Origin: Dehalococcoidia bacterium
Lineage (GTDB): Bacteria > Chloroflexota > Dehalococcoidia > Bin125
Assembly: GCA_965200625.1 (NCBI GenBank)
Contig: OZ241375.1
Span: 2,226,699-2,290,698 of the forward strand
Direction: 5' to 3'
Length of the DNA stretch: 64,000 nucleotides
Under the pieces are notes generated by a model. It was given only the letters and a program-made list of their open reading frames with translations. It had not been told where the DNA came from and ran no database searches. How positions within the stretch are numbered: the stretch's first letter is position 1; each line of letters starts with the position of its first letter. The position numbers and the translations under genes are program-made. Shown here in pieces: positions 1 to 9,579 of this stretch.

Positions 1-2821
1 TGTGCGCGCAGCTCGGCGAGCTGAGCGCGGATGCCTGCCTCGCTCAGGGCCGGAGAGAGGGCGGGCAGCTGATCGACGCGCAGGGCAATCACTGACAGCA
101 GGAGCTCGTGCAGCTCATCCGCCGTGCGGATCGGAGGAAAAGCCTCTTCCTGGACGCGGATGATGGCGTCGAGGTCGAGCTTGCCCAGGTCGCGCTGCTC
201 GTTGGGCAGAGTGCGGCGGGTCATCACGGCGCGGGTGCGGCGTTCCTCCAGCGGCGCGTCGTCGAGGAAGCCGAAGGGATTGACGTTGATGATGCTCTGC
301 GCCAGCCCCGACGGCGTGACGGTGTCGCGCGCGTGCAGGCGAATCTCGCCCCGTTCAATCCGTTCCAGCACCTCGATCAGGCCGTCCGTGTCGACCGCCT
401 CGTGCAGGCAGTCGTCCATGGTCTGGGCGATCAGCGGGTGGTCGGGCACCTCGAGCGGGCCGGCGAGATTCTCCTGGCAGCCGACCTGCGCGGGGAAGAC
501 GGCGGCGAGTAGGTCGTCGGCGATCATCCGCTGGAGATAAGGCGGCACTTCCCGCCCGCCGCGACGGCGCGGGACGGCCAGCGCGCGGGTCGCGGCCCAG
601 CGCCAGCGCGTGTTCCAGAACGGCGCGTAGAGCACCGCCTGGCGCAGCGACTGCTCGGCGTTGGCGGCAGACAGGTAGCCGAACGCCTCCTCGAGCGGGA
701 AGGACTGCGAGGGTCCGAGCGAGAGAATGACGCCTTCCTCGTTGGCGGCGGCCTGAAGTTCGAAGTCGAAGCGCACGCAGAAGCGCTTGCGCAGCGCCAG
801 TCCCCAGGCGCGGTTGACGCCCGAGCCGAACGGGGCGTGGACGACCAGCTGCTGACCGCCGCCCTCGTCGAAGAAGCGCTCAAAGACGACATCGGTGTCG
901 GAGGGCATCACCTGGAGCGCGTCCTGCGCTTCGCTCAGGTACTCGACGATCTGCTCGGCGGCGGCGGCCGGCATGTGGCACTCGCGCTGAAGTTGGCGGA
1001 CGGCGGACTCGGTGTCCTGGGCCAGGCGGCCGACGTCGCGGCGCAGCTCGCCGACCGCCTGCGAGAGTTCCATGCTGCGCCCGGGCGCCTCGCCGAGCCA
1101 GAAGGGGATCGTCGGCGGCGCGCCGTGCGCGTCCTCGACGCGGACGATGCCCTTGTTCTCGACGCGGCGGATTTTCCATGAGGTGCTGCCCAGCAAAAAA
1201 ATGTCGCCGGCGGCGGTCTCGATCGCGAAGTCCTCGTTGACCGTGCCGATGAACGCGCCTTCGGGTTCCTTGATCACGCGGTAGTCGCCGGTCTCGGGGA
1301 TCGTGCCGCCGTTGAGGATGGCGGTCATCCGCGCGGCGCGGCGCGGCTTCACCCGACCGTTGATGCGGTCGCGGTGGATCAGCGGCTGCGAGCGGCCGCC
1401 GCCCTCGCCGACGCCGGTGGCGAGCATCTCCAGGGTTTCCTCGAAGGCGTCGCGCTCCAGGTCGGCGTAGGGCGCGGCGCGGCGCATGACCTGGTAGAGA
1501 TCGTCCTCGCGCCAGTCTTCCTCGGACGCCGCCTCGGCGACGATCTGTTGGGCGAGCACTTCGATCGGCGCGGCGGGCTGGCAGATGCGGTCGAGCTGGC
1601 CGCGCTCGACGGCGCGGACCATGGCCGCGCATTCGACCAGCTCGTCCAGCGAGGTGGGAAAGAGCGCACCGTGCGGGACGCGGCCGAGCGCGTGGCCGGA
1701 GCGGCCGACGCGCTGGAGGAAGGTGGCAATGCGGCGCGGCGAGCCGAGTTGGCAGACGAGATCGACGGAGCCGATGTCGATGCCCAGTTCGAGCGAGGCG
1801 GTAGCGACGACCGCCTTGAGATCGCCCGACTTGAGCCGCTGCTCCATGACGTGGCGGCGCTCTTTGGAGAGCGAGCCGTGGTGTCCGGAGACGTGCTCCT
1901 TGCCGACGCGCTGGCCGAGTTCGTGCGCGACCCGCTCGGCCAGCGAACGGCGGTTGACGAAGATCAGCGTGGTGCGGTGCTGGAGGATGAGTTCCGCCAA
2001 CCGGTCATAGACCGCGGCCCAGTGTTCGTGCGTGGCGAGCGCCTGCAGGGGCGCGTCGGTGGTCTCGATCCAGAGCGTGAGCTCGCGTCGGTGGCCGAGG
2101 TCGAGGATGCGGCAGGGCAGCGGCTGCGCCGATTCGTCCAGGCCGGTCAGGAAGGCGGCGATCTCGGTCATCGGCTTCTGCGTGGCGGAAAGGCCGATGC
2201 GGGTCGGGCGTTGATCGGCGACATGGTCGAGGCGGGCCAGGGTGAGCGCGAGGTGCGAGCCGCGCTTGTCGCGCACGACGGCGTGGATTTCATCGAGGAT
2301 GACCGTGCGCACGGTGCGCAGGATTTCGCGCGACTGCTTCGCGGTCAGCATCAGGTAGAGCGATTCGGGCGTGGTGATCAGGATCTGCGGCGGCCGCTTG
2401 ACGATCGCGCGCCGCTCGGCCTGGGTGGCGTCGCCGGTGCGCAGCCCCATGCGGATGCGGGGCAGCTCGACGCCGCGCTCCTGAGCGCGCTGGCGGATTT
2501 CCGTCAGCGGCTCCTCGAGGTTGCGACGGATGTCGTTGGAGAGCGCCTTGAGCGGCGAGATGTAGAGGATGCGCACCTCATCGGGCAGCGCGCCGCCCGC
2601 CGCCTCGCCCTCGCGGATGAGATCATCAATGCCGGCGAGGAAGGCGGTCAGCGTCTTGCCCGAGCCGGTCGGCGCGGCGATCAGGCAATCTTCCCCCGAC
2701 CGAATCGCCGGCCAGCCGTTCGCCTGGGCAAAGGTGGGCGCGCCAAAGCGCTCCCGAAACCAGCCCCGCACCATCGGGTGGAAGTCTCCCAACACCCCAT
2801 CAGCAGTCAACGTCTGGATCA
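1..2821 (-). CDS. lhr: ATP-dependent helicase Lhr (DEAD/DEAH-box helicase with DEAD/H-associated domain). It is partial: the C-terminus lies beyond the window start.
   Basis: Hand translation of the minus strand from ATG at 2821 gives MIQTLTADGVLGDFHPMVRGWFRERFGAPTFAQANGWPAIRSGEDCLIAAPTGSGKTLTAF... The Walker A motif (AAPTGSGKT), DEIH box, SAT motif and downstream PFGSGVNRAWGLALRKRF (Lhr-type associated domain) are all present. There is no stop before position 1, which explains why it is absent from the ORF track. The long + strand ORFs here (108..512, 1374..2942) are antisense artefacts. Confidence 0.8.
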
Positions 2822-2885
2822 TATGTTCAACACCATATCTGGTCTACGCGGTTTCTGCACCATCCACGCCGCGGTCGTCGGCCAA

Positions 2886-4370
2886 TTACCCTGTTTTGTT
2901 TCGCGGTTCAGCCACCATTCGTGCCGCCGGGGATCTGCATAGGCGATCGCAATCCGTTGCTCGAACGGATGAAGCTCGCCAAACTCTCCCGAATCGATCG
3001 TCGCTCCCCGAACGCGTTCCGGATCCAGACGGTAAGCGCAGTGACGAGCCCACAGACGTACCGGGGGGGCAGGAGTCGCTCCGTGCCAGTCCCAGCAGCT
3101 GTTTGGCCAATAGGCCCCGTAGTGCGCTGGGGGGAGGTTCCTTTGACTTCGAAATCGCGCGAAGCAGGCACGTCACTTGCTCAGAGCTGGCCGGACCCTC
3201 ATTGACCAAATCTAACGCCTGACCGATCACCTTGATGACTTGTTCAGGCGATGCGTACTTGTCGAGGAATCTTGAAGCCCTGACGCAGGAACATTCCCAT
3301 AGGTCCGGGTACTTCAGCATCCGATCGACGATCAGCTCTGGCAACGATCCTTCTTCTGGCGTTTGGAGTACTGCGCGATACAGACGGTTGAGGCGGGATT
3401 TGTCCGGTTGTGCGCCCATGAGTTCCTCATAGAGCATTATCCAGAGCGACATGGTGTCCTTGTTCTTGACTACGAAGTTGATGTCGCCTTGGGAGACGGT
3501 GGCGCCTAATAGGAGTTCGCTGCCGGATTGCCCGCTTTGCCACGAACGAATCGTCTTCTCCTCCGATGAGACAAGCCCGACGGAACGCAGGTATTGCGTT
3601 CTCTGTGACTGGGCGTGCTCGACTAGTGTGGGCACGCCATCAACCAAAAATTCGTCATCGCTCCAGCGAAGAGAGGAGAGCCCGGGAATCCCCTCAAGAA
3701 TCCTGTCCAACTGATAGAGCACTTGATTGGCGAGCCAACTGGACGCCTCTGCGGTGATCGGCAGGCCCTTGACGCCGGAGTCGATCTGAACACGTTCGAG
3801 CAACATGCGAAGCCCGAAAGCAAGGTCTTGGCCTATCACAGGCGAGAGCGTTTCCTAGATAATGTACGGACCCACCGATGGGTAAAAGCGCTTGATGTCT
3901 GTCTTGAGGACTGCACTTGGCTCAGTCTGCGCGAGTTGCGAGATTTCTCGTCGCCAAGCGCCGAAAGCAGGCCCAAATGGCTCGGTTGTCAGGACGGAAA
4001 TGCTGCTGCCTCGCGGGTTGGTAAGTCTCATGCGGCCAGCAAAACTCCTGGGATGTTGACGATCAACCAACGCGTCCGCACCTTCATGCAGCAGTAAGCG
4101 TGTGGCCAGCTGTGCTGGCCAAGACATCAGAACCATCTCGCGACAGGATCGGTCGTCTTTTCGCGCACCGTATGGGACGCCGACCGGGTTTGCCAGATAT
4201 TGCCGCTCGATCAGCTGGGTCAGTGGCTGCTGCTTCGGTGCGTGGCTGAGCAGCCAGTGAACGTCGGCGAACTCGATCGGGTCAGGCATAGAGACTTCTG
4301 GAGAACACAGGTGAGCGCGCAGTTCCCGCAGGTTGGCAAGAGCAGCGTCCCGATTGGAATGGATGAGCAC
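2886..4370 (-). pseudogene. Reverse-transcriptase-like gene with RT motifs 1-6, interrupted by a single in-frame TAG at 3855-3857. Catalytic motifs are degenerate and there is a ~200 aa C-terminal extension.
   Basis: ORFs 3855..4370 and 2886..3839 are in the same frame, separated by a TAG plus 5 codons. Upstream part: VPYGARKDDRSCREMVLMSW...RLLL (motif 1-like) and TDIKRFYPSV (motif 2, cf. DLKxFFPSI). Downstream part: KGLPITAEASSWLANQVLYQLD (motifs 3/4, with QG replaced by IT), LRWSDDEFLV (YxDD box reading WSDD) and GLVSSEEKTIRSW (motif 6, GLxxNxxKT). GC is ~55% against a ~70% background. Both ORFs use GTG starts. Confidence 0.6.
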
Positions 4371-4534
4371 GGTAGACCTCCGTTTCAGCGGGGAGCAGTG
4401 GACAGACCGTCGATCCGACTCTAGCAGGCAGATTGATCAATAGATTAGACAAGTTCTCATTTCTACGATCGTTGTGGGCACTGTGGACGCGGATACACTG
4501 TCTAGCGGCAGCAGAAGCCGCTCAGGAGACGCCC

Positions 4535-5845
4535 ATGACCCCTCAAATCAGCTGGCAGCCCGTCTTTGATGAGGCGCTGGACTACTTTGTCAACTATCTG
4601 CAGATCGACACCTCGAATCCGCCGGGGAATGAGAAGCCGGCGGCTCGGTGGTTGGGGCAGATTCTGTCGGCGGCGGGGATGGAGGTGGAGTATGTCGAGA
4701 TTCAGCCGGAGCGCGAGGCGGTCTTTGCCTGGCTGCGCGGGGACGGCTCGAAGCGGGCGATGATGCTATGCAACCACACCGATGTCGTGCCGGTCGAGGA
4801 GGACTACTGGACGAAGCCAGCCTTCGAGGGCTACATCGAGGACGGCAAGGTCTACGGGCGCGGCGCGGTCGACATGAAGGGCTGCGGGATCATGCATCTG
4901 ATGACGATGCTGCTGCTCAAGCGCAACGCCGTCCCGCTCAAGCGCGACCTCGTCTTCTGCGGGGTGCCCGATGAGGAGGCGGGCTCGGTCTGGGGAATGG
5001 AGTGGCTGTGCAAGAATCGGCCCGATCTGGTGGATGTGGAGTTTGAGCTCTCGGAGGGCGGCTCGGGCTCGACGCAGTTGATGGGCGAGGAAGCGAGCAT
5101 CTTCTCGGTGGCGACCAACGAGAAGGACATCTGCTGGCTGAAGTTGACGTCGGTGGGGACGCCGGGGCACGGCTCGCGGCCGCACTACGACAACTCGGCG
5201 GTGCATCTGGTCAACGCGCTCTCGAAGCTGGCGGCGTGGGAGCGACCGGTGACGATCACGCCCTCGACGCAGGTCTGGCTGGATCGGCTGATCGAGGAGG
5301 GCCACATTCCCCCCGTACAGGACGCGGAGGAGCTGACCGCGTACGTGATCGATCATCCCGCGACGCACGCGATGTTCATCAACACGCTCAACGTGACGAT
5401 GATCAACAGCGGGATCAAGGCCAACGTGATTCCCGCCAAGTCGGAGGCCACCATCGATTGCCGCCTGCTGCCCGGTCAGGATCGCGAGGACTGGCGCCAG
5501 CAGGTGATGTCGGTGATCGACGACGATCGCATCGAGGTGGAATTCTCAGGCTGGGATCAGGAGCAGCCGGTCGAGGTCGATTGGGATACGGAGTTGTACC
5601 GCACCATCGAAGCGGTGGTTAACGAAGCGGTCGAGGATGCGACAGTCGTGCCGTCCACCTGCGTCGGCGGGACGGATAACCGGTTCCTCCGGCAGCAGGG
5701 AATTCCCGCCTACGGCTTCATCCCCGTGCTGCTCAGCCCCGAGGAAGCCGCCGGCTTCCACGGCAACGACGAGCACATGACCATCGAAAACCTCAACATG
5801 GGAGTCGAACTGACCTACGAGATCGTGCGTCGGATGGTGACGTAG
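4535..5845 (+). CDS. M20 family metallopeptidase (ArgE/DapE/CPG2-like).
   Basis: DTSNPPGNE, HTDVVP, GRGAVDMKG and GGTDNRFL motifs typical of peptidase M20 with a dimerisation domain. The ORF track begins at 4433, but an RBS (GGAG) precedes ATG 4535 and 4433-4534 is AT-richer, non-coding-like sequence. Confidence 0.85.
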   Translation: MTPQISWQPVFDEALDYFVNYLQIDTSNPPGNEKPAARWLGQILSAAGMEVEYVEIQPEREAVFAWLRGDGSKRAMMLCNHTDVVPVEEDYWTKPAFEGYIEDGKVYGRGAVDMKGCGIMHLMTMLLLKRNAVPLKRDLVFCGVPDEEAGSVWGMEWLCKNRPDLVDVEFELSEGGSGSTQLMGEEASIFSVATNEKDICWLKLTSVGTPGHGSRPHYDNSAVHLVNALSKLAAWERPVTITPSTQVWLDRLIEEGHIPPVQDAEELTAYVIDHPATHAMFINTLNVTMINSGIKANVIPAKSEATIDCRLLPGQDREDWRQQVMSVIDDDRIEVEFSGWDQEQPVEVDWDTELYRTIEAVVNEAVEDATVVPSTCVGGTDNRFLRQQGIPAYGFIPVLLSPEEAAGFHGNDEHMTIENLNMGVELTYEIVRRMVT

Positions 5846-5856
5846 GACTCGCCTAC

Positions 5857-5888
5857 CGTCGTTTCTGCTTTCGCAGGAACGACGGAGA
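5857..5888. terminator. Strong GC-rich stem-loop (cgtcgtttctgc / gcaggaacgacg) between convergent genes. It is a candidate bidirectional terminator with no U-tract.
   Basis: Near-perfect 12-bp inverted repeat with a 4-nt loop immediately after the M20 peptidase stop (5845) and downstream of the minus-strand gene ending at 5919. Confidence 0.4.
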
Positions 5889-5918
5889 TGGGGAAGCTGC
5901 CGGCTGGAGCGATCGGGG

Positions 5919-6590
5919 TTACTGGAGTTTGGAGTAGGGGAGGGGGTTGAGGAAGTAGATTTCTTCTTCTGGGGCGTGTTCGCGGAGGGAGCCGATGATG
6001 TCGGCCAGGGGGTCGCCGGGGCGGTAGATGGTCATGGCGTCCGTGCCCTGGGGCAGGATCCAGAGGTCGGTGAGTTCGCCGCTGCGGCCGATGCTGGAGG
6101 CGTAGGCGGTGACGAGCTGCATCGCGCCGGCGCCTTCGAGCGTGTCAACGAGGCCGCCGATCGCCTCGATGGCGGGGGGCAGACCGCCGGTGACGGTCTG
6201 GAGGACGGCGAGCAGGTACTGGCGCGGCTGGTCGGGGTTGGCGTCCAATGCTGCCTGCAGCCGCTCCTCGGTGCCGTACGAGACGCGGTTGGCGAACTTG
6301 GTGACCTCTTCGATCTCGATCTCGCCGCGCAGCTTCTCGACCGCCGCCCAGAGCGCTTTGTCCTGTCCCAGCGAGGCCAGGCACTCCTCGGCGTGCGCCA
6401 TGCTCTCGTAGCGGTGGATGGAGAGATCCCAGCCCATCTGCCCGCCGGTCATCTTCCAGGCGCCGATCAGGTCGATGCCGTGCCGCTCCGTGGCCGGCAC
6501 GACGGTCTCGGCGTAGAAGTCGACGAACAGGTCGAAAGCGGTGTTGGTGATTGGCTTGATGCGGTGTCGGACTTCGAGGAGGACGGCCAT
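5919..6590 (-). CDS. NIPSNAP-family protein (two tandem NIPSNAP-like domains), function unknown.
   Basis: 223 aa ORF with balanced composition and two ~100 aa repeats. The family assignment is from memory of NIPSNAP features. Confidence 0.5.
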   Translation of the reverse strand: MAVLLEVRHRIKPITNTAFDLFVDFYAETVVPATERHGIDLIGAWKMTGGQMGWDLSIHRYESMAHAEECLASLGQDKALWAAVEKLRGEIEIEEVTKFANRVSYGTEERLQAALDANPDQPRQYLLAVLQTVTGGLPPAIEAIGGLVDTLEGAGAMQLVTAYASSIGRSGELTDLWILPQGTDAMTIYRPGDPLADIIGSLREHAPEEEIYFLNPLPYSKLQ

Positions 6591-6652
6591 GATCTGCTCC
6601 GGGGCGTGTTCGGTTCGTTGCAGGTTAGAGGTTGGGCGCTACAGGTTGGGGG

Positions 6653-7555
6653 CTACAGGTGAGGGGCGAGGGCGGTGATGAACTCGCGGGTGCGGCGGCG
6701 TTCGTCGGCGTTGACGCCGGCGAAGGCGGCGTAGAAGTCGGTCACGCCGATCTCCCGCCAACGCAGCAGCTCGCGCTCGACTTCCTCCTCGCTGCCGACG
6801 ATCGCTACGCCGCCCGGGTCGTCCGCGCCCGAGCCCTGGATGACGCGCTGGTAGGACGGCAGGGTGTTGTACATGGCGAAGGCTTGGGCGATGCGCTCGC
6901 GGGCGGCGTCCGGGTCGGCGGTGACGGCGACGGGCACGCCGGCGATGATGCGCGGGTCGGGCTTGCCGGCCTCGCGCGCCGCGCCGCCCAGCTCGGGGAT
7001 CACCACGTCCTCGATCCACTGCGGTCCGGCCAGCCAGAGGGCGGTGCCGTCGGCGAGGCGGCCGGTGACGCGCAGCATCTGCGGGCCGAGCGCGGCGACG
7101 ATGACCGACGGCGGCTCGGCGTCGGGCAGGTCAACCTGCGAGTGGACCTGGAACTCCTCGCCGTCGTAGTGCACAACTTCTCCGCGCAAGAGCGGCTGGA
7201 GCACTTCCAAGTACTCGCGCATGTGCCGCACGACCTTCGTGAAGTCGAGCCCCCAGGAGTCGCGGATCACGACTTCGTGCGAGAGTCCGAGTCCGAGTGT
7301 AAAGCGTCCGCCGGCGGCGGCGTTGACGGCGAGCGCCTGCTGCGCCATCGCCACGGGATGGCGGGTGTAGGTCGGAATCACGTAGGTGCCCAACTCGATC
7401 GTGGTGGTGGTCTCGGCGGCGAGGGCGAGCACGGTCATCGCGTCGTGGCCGACCGAGGGCAGGAAAGCGCCGGCGAAACCGACGGTTTCGAGTTGGCGGA
7501 TGGCTTCGATCTTGCCGGCGAGCGTGGCGCCGTCGGGCGGGGCGAGGATGCGCAT
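6653..7555 (-). CDS. LLM-class (luciferase-like) F420-dependent oxidoreductase.
   Basis: MRILAPPDGATLAGKIEAIRQLETVGFAGAFLPSVGHDAMTVLALAA...GLGLSH matches the TIM-barrel luciferase-like monooxygenase family (F420-dependent subgroup). Confidence 0.8.
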   Translation of the reverse strand: MRILAPPDGATLAGKIEAIRQLETVGFAGAFLPSVGHDAMTVLALAAETTTTIELGTYVIPTYTRHPVAMAQQALAVNAAAGGRFTLGLGLSHEVVIRDSWGLDFTKVVRHMREYLEVLQPLLRGEVVHYDGEEFQVHSQVDLPDAEPPSVIVAALGPQMLRVTGRLADGTALWLAGPQWIEDVVIPELGGAAREAGKPDPRIIAGVPVAVTADPDAARERIAQAFAMYNTLPSYQRVIQGSGADDPGGVAIVGSEEEVERELLRWREIGVTDFYAAFAGVNADERRRTREFITALAPHL

Positions 7556-7650
7556 TGGGAATGTCCTGTCAACAATCGATCTCGGTACCCTGCACGCTAA
7601 TCGTTATCTTGCCTGCGCAAGGCTGATCAGATTGGAACGGAGTCGGCAGC

Positions 7651-8550
7651 ATGGCATCGGCGGAACTGCAGAAGGTCCTGCGCTTGATGGCGGAGCGCCC
7701 GCTCGGCGGCGGCGCGACTGACATTCAGGGGATGCGCGAGGGAATGGAGGCCGGTTCGTTTCCGGCGACGGAGGCGGCCGCGGTCACGGCAGTCGACGCG
7801 AACGGCGTGCCAGGCGAGTGGGTGACGGTCGCCGGGTCCGATCCCAACCGCCGCCTGCTCTACGTGCACGGCGGCGGCTATGTGCTCGGCTCACCGGTGA
7901 CCCACCGCCGACTCTGTGAGGGCATCGCCGCGGCGGGCGGCTGCGCCGTGCTCAACCTGGACTATCGGCTCGCGCCGGAGCATCCCTTCCCGGCGGCGGT
8001 TGATGACGCGATCGCGGGGCTGCAGTTTATCCAGGCCAACGGCCCCGACGGGGAAGGCGCGGCGGAGGCGGTCTTCGTCGCCGGCGACTCGGCCGGCGGC
8101 GGGCTGACCCTGGCGACGCTGCTCGCCGCCCGCGAGCGCGGAGTCGAGCAGCCGAACGCGGCGGTCGGGATTTCCGCCTGGACCGATCTGGCGATCACGG
8201 GCGAGTCGATTCAGACGCGGGCGGAGAATGACCCCTTGATCACGGATTCGTCGATGATCCACGTCATGGCGTCTGCCTACCTCGGCGACACGGCGGCGAC
8301 CGATCCGTTGGCCTCCCCGCTGTATGCCGACTACGCCGGGCTGCCGCCGCTGTTGTTGCAGGTCGGCGACGCCGAAGTGTTGCTGTCTGACACGACGCGG
8401 GTGACCGAGCGGGCGCGGGCGGCGGGCGTGGACGTGGTCGAGGAGGTCTGGGACGAGATGTTCCACGTCTGGCACGCGTTCGCGCCGATGCTGCCCGAGG
8501 GTCAGCAGGCGATTGAGCGGATCGGCGAGTTCATCCAACAGCACGCCTAG
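7651..8550 (+). CDS. Alpha/beta hydrolase fold-3 esterase/lipase (HSL family), paralog 1.
   Basis: LLYVHGGGYVLGS oxyanion-hole HGGG motif, LDYRLAPEHPFPAAVDDA and GDSAGGGL nucleophile elbow (GxSxG). Confidence 0.85.
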   Translation: MASAELQKVLRLMAERPLGGGATDIQGMREGMEAGSFPATEAAAVTAVDANGVPGEWVTVAGSDPNRRLLYVHGGGYVLGSPVTHRRLCEGIAAAGGCAVLNLDYRLAPEHPFPAAVDDAIAGLQFIQANGPDGEGAAEAVFVAGDSAGGGLTLATLLAARERGVEQPNAAVGISAWTDLAITGESIQTRAENDPLITDSSMIHVMASAYLGDTAATDPLASPLYADYAGLPPLLLQVGDAEVLLSDTTRVTERARAAGVDVVEEVWDEMFHVWHAFAPMLPEGQQAIERIGEFIQQHA

Positions 8551-8597
8551 CCGCGCCCGCGCCCGGTAGCGGTTGGAGCAACGGTCAGGAGCACGGG

Positions 8598-9518
8598 ATG
8601 CCTTCGCAGGAGTACTACGAGGTTGTTGAGGCGATGCGCAGCCAGGCCGCCAGCATGATTGAGGGCGAGCTGACGATCGAGCAGCAGCGCGCGGCGATGG
8701 AAGCGGGGTTTGCTTTTCCTCTGGAAGATGACCTCACCCTGACGGCGGTCGACGCCAACGGCGTGCCGGGCGAGTGGACGGCGCTGCCCGGCTCTGATCC
8801 CGATCGGCGCTTGCTGTACGTCCACGGCGGCGGCTACGTGCTGGGGTCGATCAAGACGCATCGGCGGCTGGTGGCGGACATATGCCGCGCCGCGGGCTGC
8901 GTCGCGCTGAGCCTCGACTATCGGCTCGCGCCCGAGCATCCCTTTCCCGCCGCCGTGGACGACGCGATTGCCGGGCTGGAGCACATCTGGGCGAACGGCC
9001 CGGATGGCCCGAGTGCGGCGAGTGCCGTCTTCGTGGCGGGCGACTCTGCCGGCGGCGGGCTGACGCTGGCGACCCTGGTCGCCGCGCGCGAGCGCGGGGT
9101 GCGGATGCCGAGCGCCGGGATCGGGTTGTCGCCGTGGGCTGATCTGGCCGCCGGCCCGGAGGAGTTGTCCGCGTTTGGACACGACGATCCGACGATCCCC
9201 GACAACACGACGGCGATCACCGCCTCGCAGGCCTGGGCGGCGATGTACGCCGGCGATGCGGATCGCGCAGATCCGCTGGTGTCGCCGCTGTTCGCCGACT
9301 ACGCCGGGCTGCCGCCGCTGCTGCTCCAGGCGGGCGCGGTGGAGATGATCGCCCGCGACACGACGCGCGTGGCGGAACGGGCGCGGGCGGCCGGTGTGGA
9401 GGTCGTCGAAGAACTCTGGGACGATATGTTCCACGTCTGGCAGGCGTTCGCGCCGATGCTGCCCGAGGGTCAGCAGGCGATTGAGCGGGTCGGCGAGTTC
9501 ATCAAGCAGCACGCCTGA
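8598..9518 (+). CDS. Alpha/beta hydrolase fold-3 esterase/lipase (HSL family), paralog 2 (tandem duplicate of 7651..8550).
   Basis: Same HGGGY, LDYRLAPEHPFPAAVDDAIAGL and VFVAGDSAGGGLTLATL motifs. Roughly 70% identical to the upstream copy by eye. Confidence 0.85.
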   Translation: MPSQEYYEVVEAMRSQAASMIEGELTIEQQRAAMEAGFAFPLEDDLTLTAVDANGVPGEWTALPGSDPDRRLLYVHGGGYVLGSIKTHRRLVADICRAAGCVALSLDYRLAPEHPFPAAVDDAIAGLEHIWANGPDGPSAASAVFVAGDSAGGGLTLATLVAARERGVRMPSAGIGLSPWADLAAGPEELSAFGHDDPTIPDNTTAITASQAWAAMYAGDADRADPLVSPLFADYAGLPPLLLQAGAVEMIARDTTRVAERARAAGVEVVEELWDDMFHVWQAFAPMLPEGQQAIERVGEFIKQHA

Positions 9519-9579
9519 CCGAGCCTCCAGGCCGACCTGGAGACGGAGGATCGTGTAGGGCAACGGGGGAGAAGCAGCG

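Noticed and set aside
108-2942. Long + strand ORFs (108..512, 124..540, 1374..2942, 1585..2010) overlapping the left end of the window.
   Set aside because: Their products are Val/Leu/Asp/Gly/Arg-rich with no motifs. They are antisense frames of the lhr helicase gene, which I translated by hand on the minus strand (Walker A, DEIH, Lhr-associated domain). Open antisense frames are expected at ~70% GC.
3855-3857. The in-frame TAG in the RT-like gene as a pyrrolysine or other recoding codon.
   Set aside because: Nothing in the window (no pylTSBCD genes, no recognisable recoding structure) supports recoding. The surrounding motifs are degenerate (QG and YADD altered), which fits a nonsense mutation in a decaying gene better. 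Read-through is mentioned only as a possibility.
1-4370. A functional link between the Lhr helicase and the adjacent RT-like gene, as a helicase plus RT defence module.
   Set aside because: The Lhr gene is at background GC and has the standard core-Lhr domain order, so it is a housekeeping repair helicase. The RT sits in a distinct low-GC patch. The adjacency is best explained by an insertion next to lhr, not a two-gene system.
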